Source of the DNA: Pseudomonadota bacterium | GTDB lineage: Bacteria; Bdellovibrionota; FAC87; UBA2466 | NCBI GenBank assembly: GCA_043767805.1 | Contig: JAYUGC010000017.1 | Span: 1 to 40,841 of the forward strand | Length of the DNA stretch: 40,841 nt | Reading direction: 5' to 3' | Part shown: piece after piece, positions 34,777-40,841 of the stretch | Layout: each line of letters starts with the position of its first letter | How positions within the stretch are numbered: position 1 is the first letter of the stretch | The notes under the pieces: model-generated | The model's input: the letters and a program-made list of their open reading frames with translations, nothing else | Databases searched by the model: none | What the model was told of the DNA's origin: nothing | Made by a program: the position numbers and the translations under genes

Positions 34777-35727
34777 TCAGGAGACGTTTTTTGTCACTGG
34801 GGGGACGCTTTTCGGGGGCGCCTTACGCACGAGCCACGCACGCACTTCTTCCACGCGCTGACTGAGGCGGTAGGGGTCGGAGGCGGAGACGGGACCCTTT
34901 TCGAGCTGCTCCAGGAAGGTCTGCCAATAGCTGAGCGCCTCGGGAATACTCTCGCGGCGGGCCGCTAGCGCTCCAAAGAGAAAATTCCAGGACGGGTCGA
35001 GCCCTTTGGCGTCGCTCGGACGCACTAGTAAGGTAGCCGCCTTGGACTCGTCCCCAGTATCAAGGTAAGCGAAAATCAAAGCGAGCCGCTTTCTGGCAGA
35101 AGGTGCTTCGGTATCCTTCTGCCACATCTCCACGATTCTCTGCGGCTGCTGAAAGCGAAGGTGTGCTTCGGCGAGCTCCTCCTGAAGAGCCACGTCGTAA
35201 GGAAACTCGGCAAAGGCCTGCTTGAGGGATTCGTAATGACCGGAGAAGTTTTCCGTCTGAAACTCGCACCGGGCGCGCGCTTTCAAGAGATCGAGATTTC
35301 CTTTTTCGGCGGCGATTGCCCGAGTCAAAAGCCCAATCGCCCCAGGGCAATCCCCTTGCGCCTCGCGCTCCTTGGCTTGAAGATAAAGCGATTGCCCCTC
35401 CTCCGTAAGAAAGGAGGTCTCCAACGCTCGCCACCTATCTAAGAGCGCGCGCCGATTTTCCCGGGACAGAGCTTCCCCTCGCAGACTCAAGTGGTGAGCG
35501 AGGCCTTCGCGCGCAACCTGCCGTCCGTCGAAGAAGAATTGAAGATCGGCTACCTTTAGCGCCACGGCATCGTTGGTGGGATCTTTCGTCAGCACTTCAT
35601 TCCAAAGGCGAAGGGCCTGCTGATAGTCGTGGCGAGCAAAATAGTACTCGGCGGAAGCCGATAAAGGATCGGGCTTCGCGAGAGCGAAGCTGGAACCCAC
35701 GAGAAGGATGCATGTCAGGCGTCTCAA
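34777..35727 (-). CDS. exported tetratricopeptide repeat protein
   Basis: TTG start with SD AGGAG, signal peptide ending FALA, and TPR-like helices (A...F...DY..AL..W..VL..DP.N). Confidence 0.75.
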   Translation of the reverse strand: MRRLTCILLVGSSFALAKPDPLSASAEYYFARHDYQQALRLWNEVLTKDPTNDAVALKVADLQFFFDGRQVAREGLAHHLSLRGEALSRENRRALLDRWRALETSFLTEEGQSLYLQAKEREAQGDCPGAIGLLTRAIAAEKGNLDLLKARARCEFQTENFSGHYESLKQAFAEFPYDVALQEELAEAHLRFQQPQRIVEMWQKDTEAPSARKRLALIFAYLDTGDESKAATLLVRPSDAKGLDPSWNFLFGALAARRESIPEALSYWQTFLEQLEKGPVSASDPYRLSQRVEEVRAWLVRKAPPKSVPPVTKNVS

Positions 35728-35734
35728 AAGACTC

Positions 35735-37075
35735 CTAGAACTTCAGCGCCGCCGTCATCTGGAGCCCGAAAACCCCTTTGGGATTAGGCACGTTCAAACC
35801 CGCGCCCGAAAAAAGATAACCGATGGTTATGCCGAGATCGAAGTTCTTATAAACGGCGTAGTCCGTGCCCACGTCGAGCTCGACGCCGAGGTTCGCCGCC
35901 TCACCCGCGCCGACCGAAGCCTTGCGCGCAATGATGAGCTCGATGCCCGAAGCGATGTTGCGAGACCAATCGAAGCGTACGCCGGGACGACCGTAAATGG
36001 TGCCCGAGAATGTGCTCGCCGGCTGTCCGTAAACCACCATGCTGCCTTGGCCGGCGGTCTCACCCGTCAAAGCCGTGCCGAGGAGCTGACGCCCGATGAT
36101 GATGCCCGGACGACGATTGCGGTGGAGAAGGACGAAGCCATTCAAGTGGCCGCCCTTGGTATTGGAATCTCCGCTCGCGTAGAGGAGCTCGATGAAGGCT
36201 TTGAGCGAGTGGTACTCGAAGGTGGAGCTCAAGACCGCGCCGACCGCGTTCAACGAGTCCAGCTTTCCGTCGCCGTTGAAATCCGTCGCGTCGCCCGTGA
36301 GCCAGCCCACTTCGCCACCGAAGGTGAAGTAGCTGATCTTTTTCTTAAGATAAACGTCGACCACGTTGTTCGACAAAGGATGGGGTACGTTGGTCAACGT
36401 CGGAGAGTAAGGACCCGCCGTTCCGTTGAGATCCGCCTGCTGCCCGGAAGAGCGAGCCTGCTTTTCGAAAAGGATACCGCCCTCTACGTCGAGCTCCGGA
36501 TTATTGTACTGAAGGAAGATCGTATAGAACTCTTGATCGTTGGCGTCGCCGAGAAGGGTGACCTTGTGCATCTTGGAATAGGCCAAGGCACCGACGACGT
36601 TACCCAAGTGCAGGCGGTACTCGAGACGATCTTGCGTGGTTTGGTAGTCGTCCCACACGCGGTTGCCCGCGTCCCACAAAAGTCCGTAACCCCAGGCCAC
36701 CGGCATGCGTCCCAAGCGGAACACGCCGAAATCGGAAGTCCACTCGAGCCACACGCGATTGAGGACCAAGCCATTGGTCGCATTGTCGCCGAAAATATAT
36801 CCGCCCTGGCCGGTGCCGAGCCCCGTGGTCGCATTCGGCGTGAAGGTCGGCGATGTGAGCAGAGACCACTGCGACTTGACGCTGAAGTGGTCGTCGATCA
36901 CCAAGTTCGGAGCGAGTAAGGCGCGGCCGGAGAGGTATTTTTTGGAAACTCCGTTCGATAGCAGCGTCGGTCTATCGAGGAGGTTTCCCTCCGCCCGGAA
37001 AGACCCGGTGAAATTCATAGTAACGCCAAAACCGGAAGCTCCCCAGAACAGGGTCAAGACTAGAAATCTTTTCAT
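35735..37075 (-). CDS. outer-membrane beta-barrel protein (TIGR04551 / alginate-export-like)
   Basis: Signal peptide, RVWLEW...FGVFRLGRMPVAWGYG, LYASGD, LGVELD, and a terminal Phe. Confidence 0.75.
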   Translation of the reverse strand: MKRFLVLTLFWGASGFGVTMNFTGSFRAEGNLLDRPTLLSNGVSKKYLSGRALLAPNLVIDDHFSVKSQWSLLTSPTFTPNATTGLGTGQGGYIFGDNATNGLVLNRVWLEWTSDFGVFRLGRMPVAWGYGLLWDAGNRVWDDYQTTQDRLEYRLHLGNVVGALAYSKMHKVTLLGDANDQEFYTIFLQYNNPELDVEGGILFEKQARSSGQQADLNGTAGPYSPTLTNVPHPLSNNVVDVYLKKKISYFTFGGEVGWLTGDATDFNGDGKLDSLNAVGAVLSSTFEYHSLKAFIELLYASGDSNTKGGHLNGFVLLHRNRRPGIIIGRQLLGTALTGETAGQGSMVVYGQPASTFSGTIYGRPGVRFDWSRNIASGIELIIARKASVGAGEAANLGVELDVGTDYAVYKNFDLGITIGYLFSGAGLNVPNPKGVFGLQMTAALKF

Positions 37076-37138
37076 AATTACGAACGGTTCTACCGCCTGA
37101 CGGAGGGCTAGAAAAGCGGAAAGTGAGGGAAGACGCCG

Positions 37139-37184
37139 TTATTCGACGATGCCGGAAGGGGGCGGCCTTTACTCGACGATGCCG
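37139..37184. repeat. 16-bp direct repeat duplicating the 3' end of the DUF507 gene
   Basis: TTATTCGACGATGCCG (37139-37154) and TTACTCGACGATGCCG (37169-37184), offset by 30 bp. Confidence 0.7.
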
Positions 37185-37450
37185 CCGCCGCGTTTCTTGA
37201 TCTCTTCCTCGTGGTACTTTTGATAGAGCACCTGGTACTGAGGGCTGAACTCGGGGGGCGCGTTTTTCTGAGAGGAAATCCGTTTGCGGGCGGCTTCGTC
37301 GGCCTCGGTCAGGCTAACCAGGTAACGGTTACCGACTTTCTTGGCTTCACGCAGCGCTTCATCTTTTTTTGGGAACCGAGCCAGACCGGCTCTTTCGAGA
37401 CCGTCGAGCATCAGATGCATGCAGTGGCTCATTTTATCGTCGGAGATCAC
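37169..37450 (-). CDS. DUF507 family protein
   Basis: ISDDKMSH, ARKRISSQK..PPEFSPQYQVLYQKYHEEE. GTGA overlap with the partner gene. Confidence 0.75.
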   Translation of the reverse strand: MISDDKMSHCMHLMLDGLERAGLARFPKKDEALREAKKVGNRYLVSLTEADEAARKRISSQKNAPPEFSPQYQVLYQKYHEEEIKKRGGGIVE

Positions 37451-37725
37451 GAGACCACCTTCTTATCCTTCATCAGCTGCTTCTTAATGAGCTGAAACAT
37501 TTTCTCTTTATCGAGATTCGGCCCCCCCTGCTGGGCTACCTGATCCAATAGACGCTCCGCTTCCTTGTTTATCTCGTCTTCGATGCGGAGTTCGGCGAGG
37601 AAAATCGACTCCATCTTTGATAGAATCTGGGAGTCGGTTTTATTCAATGTAATCAGTTGCTTTGAGCGCAGAGTCAAAAGTACGTTTTGACAGATGAACT
37701 TGACCTGGCTTTCCTTAAGGCGCAT
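37447..37725 (-). CDS. DUF507 family protein
   Basis: Start re-set to MRLKESQV. EDEINKEAERLL and MFQLIKKQL match the pattern of the first DUF507 partner. Confidence 0.75.
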   Translation of the reverse strand: MRLKESQVKFICQNVLLTLRSKQLITLNKTDSQILSKMESIFLAELRIEDEINKEAERLLDQVAQQGGPNLDKEKMFQLIKKQLMKDKKVVS

Positions 37726-37731
37726 CCGCAG

Positions 37732-37760
37732 ACAGTAACGGCGGTTCGGAGAGTTTTCAA
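37732..37760 (-). promoter_or_regulatory. sigma70-like promoter implying a leaderless DUF507 transcript
   Basis: Minus strand TTGAAA-N17-TACTGT-N6-ATG, with no SD. Confidence 0.5.
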
Positions 37761-40102
37761 TGGGCAACGATAAGCGGCGGCAATGGAAACGCGCCGCGGG
37801 CTTCGTGGTACTGGGCACCTTGGGGGTGATGCTAATCGCCCTGGTGATCGTGGCCACCTATGCCGGCTTGGTCGCGCGCACCATCGATCGCCGCATGGAC
37901 CAGATCAAGCATGCCCGCGCGACGCAATTCTACGCGCCCTATCCTTCCTTTCGCCTAGGACAATCTCTCTCCGAGCTCGAGCTGAGAACTTTGCTTTTCG
38001 ACCAGGGCTATCTCGAAGCGGTATCGGACACACCGCTGGAGCCGCGGCAATTTCGCTGGAAGAAATCGGGCGACACGCTCGCCCTGGAAATTTTTCGGCC
38101 GCCGTTTCAAGCGCCCGGAATGCCGCTCGACCGTTTGCAGGCGAAGCTCACAATTCACGTCGAGAAGGGCTCGCTCACGATTAAGAGCATTCAGCGGTCC
38201 GATACGGGAACGGCTCTCGAAGCTTTCGATAATTTGCCTCAGCGTCTCGGCGCTTTTTACGGCGGAAGGCCGCGCACCCAGGATACGGCGCCCCTTTCTG
38301 AAATTCCGGCATCCGCGCGCCTTGCGATCATGGCGCTTGAGGACGTTCATTTTCTCGATCACTCCGGCGTCAGCGTGCGGAGCACCTTGCGCGCGCTTTT
38401 TAAAGATCTTCGCCACATGAAAGCGAAGGAAGGCGGCAGCACGCTGACCCAGCAGCTGATGAAGAACCTCTATTTCAGCGCGGAAAAAAGCCTGTCCCGG
38501 AAGCTGAAGGAAGCGTTCTACGCGCTCGTCACGGAGAGCCGCTACTCTAAAGAGGATATTCTCGAGGCGTACTTGAACGAGGTTTATCTCGGGCAAGCCG
38601 GCACCCACGAGCTGCATGGCTTTGCCGAAGGAGCGCGCTACTACTTCAACCGTCCCATTTCCCAGCTTTCTCTTTCTCAGAGCGCGATGCTCGCCGCGGT
38701 CGTTCAGGGTCCCGGCATCATCCACCCGCACAAATTTCCCGATCGCACGCTTTTGCGCCGCAATCTCGCCCTGAAGCTCATGAAGGAAGCCGATTTCATC
38801 TCGCAAGACGAGTTCAATGAGGCTTCCAAAGAACCGCTAGGAGTAGTGCCCAAGGAGCGTACGCTCTCCGACGTTTACTATGCGCTGGACCTCGTCATTC
38901 AGCGGTTGCCCGAAGCGATTCGCACCCGCATGGATTCCGAACCTTACACGATCTACGCGTCGATAAATCCGTACCTTCAGTCGCTCGCGAGCAAAGCGCT
39001 TTCCGAGAACCTCGATCGCATCAAGGCGATGTCGATGGAGGTCACTAAGAAAGAGAAGGCCGGCATTCACCTGCAAAGCGCGCTCATCGCCGTCAACGTG
39101 AAAGATTGCACCGTGCTCGCTCTCCAAGGGGGAAGCAGCTACCGCGCGACCCAATTCAACCGCGTGGTGCAGGGCAAGCGGCAACCCGGCTCTCTCTTCA
39201 AGCCTTTCGTTTATCTCTCGGCGTTCTTGAACTACTCGGAAGCGACTCCCTTCACGCCCATGACGGAAGTCGACGACGCGCCCATGGAATGGAAGTACGA
39301 GAAGCAGTCGTGGAGCCCCCGCAATTACGACAATAAGTTTCGCGGGCCGGTGTCGCTCCGCCATGGCCTCGAGAACTCGCTCAACGTTCCCACCGCGAAA
39401 CTCGCTCAAGCCGTGGGTCTCGATAAAGTGCACGAGACGATGCTCAAAGCGGGCTTCACCTCGCCCATTCCGAAGGTGCCTTCCATCACCTTGGGCTCCG
39501 CGGAAGTGACCCCGCTCGAGCTCGCGCAGGCGTACACTACGTTCGCGAACTTAGGGGAGACTTGCGAGCTTCGTCCTTACCTCGCCGTTTACGACGAGAA
39601 CGGGCAGCAGCAGGAAGAAACGAAGCTCGTCAAGACGGCGGTGTTCCCGCCCGCGCCGACCTTTCAGGTAGTCAATATCTTGAAGGGCGTTCTAACTCAC
39701 GGCTCGGCGAGATCGACCCAAAGCGCGGGCTTTCCGCTCGCCAACTTCGCCGGTAAGACCGGCACGACCAACGACGCGCGGGACGCCTGGTTCGTCGGCT
39801 TCTCTCCGGATTTTCTCGTACTGGTGTGGGTAGGCTACGACGAAAAAGAAAAGCTCGGCATCCCGGGCGCGGCGGCGGCCCTTCCTTTGTGGACGAGCTT
39901 TTTGAAAAACGCGCGGATGTTCGTCGGCCAGGAAGATTTCAAAGCGCCCGACGGGCTGGTCGCGGTCCGCATCGATCGGGGCGTGGGCGTTGCTCCTCCG
40001 TGCACGGACACCGTCGTCGATTACTTCGTCCCCGGAAGCGAGCCCAAAAGCGAGTGCGCCCTCGAGGTCACCGAAGCCCCGCCCGAGCCCCAACCCAACT
40101 AA
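37760..40102 (+). CDS. mrcB: class A penicillin-binding protein, PBP1B-like
   Basis: TM anchor and a UB2H-like insert. Transglycosylase motifs ALEDVHF, GGSTLTQQLMKN, RKLKE and LEAYLN. Transpeptidase motifs PGSLFK, SLN and KTGT. Confidence 0.88.
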   Translation: MGNDKRRQWKRAAGFVVLGTLGVMLIALVIVATYAGLVARTIDRRMDQIKHARATQFYAPYPSFRLGQSLSELELRTLLFDQGYLEAVSDTPLEPRQFRWKKSGDTLALEIFRPPFQAPGMPLDRLQAKLTIHVEKGSLTIKSIQRSDTGTALEAFDNLPQRLGAFYGGRPRTQDTAPLSEIPASARLAIMALEDVHFLDHSGVSVRSTLRALFKDLRHMKAKEGGSTLTQQLMKNLYFSAEKSLSRKLKEAFYALVTESRYSKEDILEAYLNEVYLGQAGTHELHGFAEGARYYFNRPISQLSLSQSAMLAAVVQGPGIIHPHKFPDRTLLRRNLALKLMKEADFISQDEFNEASKEPLGVVPKERTLSDVYYALDLVIQRLPEAIRTRMDSEPYTIYASINPYLQSLASKALSENLDRIKAMSMEVTKKEKAGIHLQSALIAVNVKDCTVLALQGGSSYRATQFNRVVQGKRQPGSLFKPFVYLSAFLNYSEATPFTPMTEVDDAPMEWKYEKQSWSPRNYDNKFRGPVSLRHGLENSLNVPTAKLAQAVGLDKVHETMLKAGFTSPIPKVPSITLGSAEVTPLELAQAYTTFANLGETCELRPYLAVYDENGQQQEETKLVKTAVFPPAPTFQVVNILKGVLTHGSARSTQSAGFPLANFAGKTGTTNDARDAWFVGFSPDFLVLVWVGYDEKEKLGIPGAAAALPLWTSFLKNARMFVGQEDFKAPDGLVAVRIDRGVGVAPPCTDTVVDYFVPGSEPKSECALEVTEAPPEPQPN

Positions 40103-40154
40103 AAGGTCACTGGCACTTTTAGACGCCCTTTTTGATTGCTTCAAAGTACGGTAA

Positions 40155-40766
40155 CTATAGCGCGGCGAAGGGATACGTGATCCCGATGCCGATTTCGGAG
40201 GTGCTCTTCACCAGACCGACCGAAAGCTCCGTCATGATCCGAAGTCCGTCGGTGCCTTTGGGGCTGAACTGCGCGCCAATTGAAGTCTTCATGGAAAACT
40301 GATTGGCCGCCACTTCCACCAGCCGGAAGGAAGGCGCGAGCGAAAGGGCTCCATAAGGAGTGATATCGCCCCACTCCGCCTGAAACGTATGGCTGATGGT
40401 CGGAGCGACCTTAACGACGAAGTAGTTCGCGCCCTCGACGCGGTTGAAGTACATCCCGCCCAAGACCGCGACTTGCGGCACAAGCTTCAGCTGGGGCAGC
40501 ACGCTCCAAACGCCCTGCATTCCGAAGTTGAAACCAAGCTCTCCGGCTCCGAAACCGAATCCCGCGCCGAACGCTTCGTAAGGCTGGTAGCGGAGCTCCG
40601 CGCTCATGTAAGCGCTGCCCTTCTCGCTCATGACGTAACTCGGGCTAATCATCATCTCGTAACTATTGACCGGAAGCTGCGTCGCCGTTCGCATGTAGGA
40701 ACCGGGGACATCCGCTGCACGAGCCGTAACACCAACCGCAAGAAGTAGAGCAAAGAGGAAGCGCAT
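40155..40766 (-). CDS. exported probable beta-barrel hypothetical protein
   Basis: Signal peptide ending ARA, alternating Gly/aromatic strands, and terminal GIGITYPF. SD GGAG. Confidence 0.7.
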   Translation of the reverse strand: MRFLFALLLAVGVTARAADVPGSYMRTATQLPVNSYEMMISPSYVMSEKGSAYMSAELRYQPYEAFGAGFGFGAGELGFNFGMQGVWSVLPQLKLVPQVAVLGGMYFNRVEGANYFVVKVAPTISHTFQAEWGDITPYGALSLAPSFRLVEVAANQFSMKTSIGAQFSPKGTDGLRIMTELSVGLVKSTSEIGIGITYPFAAL

Positions 40767-40841
40767 TTAGTTTTTCTCCGAAATTTGGAGAAAGTAAGGC
40801 AGACGCGGCGGTTCCCGGCAAACCCTCCGCGTTAAAGCGAG

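Noticed and set aside
35708..36919. 403-aa plus-strand ORF
   Set aside because: It is an antisense shadow of the beta-barrel gene, with no domain features.

Overview
A gene-dense, GC-rich bacterial chromosomal window. The gene set (short flagellin, DUF507 pair, TIGR04551-like barrel, vWA lipoprotein, DUF4105) suggests a Bdellovibrionota or deltaproteobacterial-type organism; this is inference. From left to right it holds: (1) a minus-strand run glyQS-ppdK-smc-cupin-alpha/beta-hydrolase lipoprotein-DUF4105/Lnb-like-secreted protein; (2) an orphan tadB/tadC-like pair; (3) a plus-strand operon of fadD-like ligase, MtfA peptidase and glutamine amidotransferase; (4) a fragmented dcw cluster rsmH-ftsL-ftsI-[insert]-murE-murF-mraY-murD; (5) a flagellar filament locus fliC-orf-fliD-fliS-fliT-like; (6) envelope genes (M48 peptidase, TPR proteins, vWA lipoprotein, beta-barrels, DUF507 pair, PBP1B). 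The best find is a two-gene cassette inserted antisense between ftsI and murE. It encodes a secreted, catalytic-domain-only protein-arginine deiminase with motif-level matches to vertebrate PADs, plus a translationally coupled small secreted Cys-rich partner, behind a 12-bp inverted repeat. Other notable items are a perfect 15-bp hairpin after fliC that buries the next gene's RBS and ATG and carries a sigma28 -10 in its loop, four sigma54-type promoters, and apparently leaderless genes. I saw no rRNA, tRNA, CRISPR array or transposase. All calls come from reading motifs by eye, with no database search.
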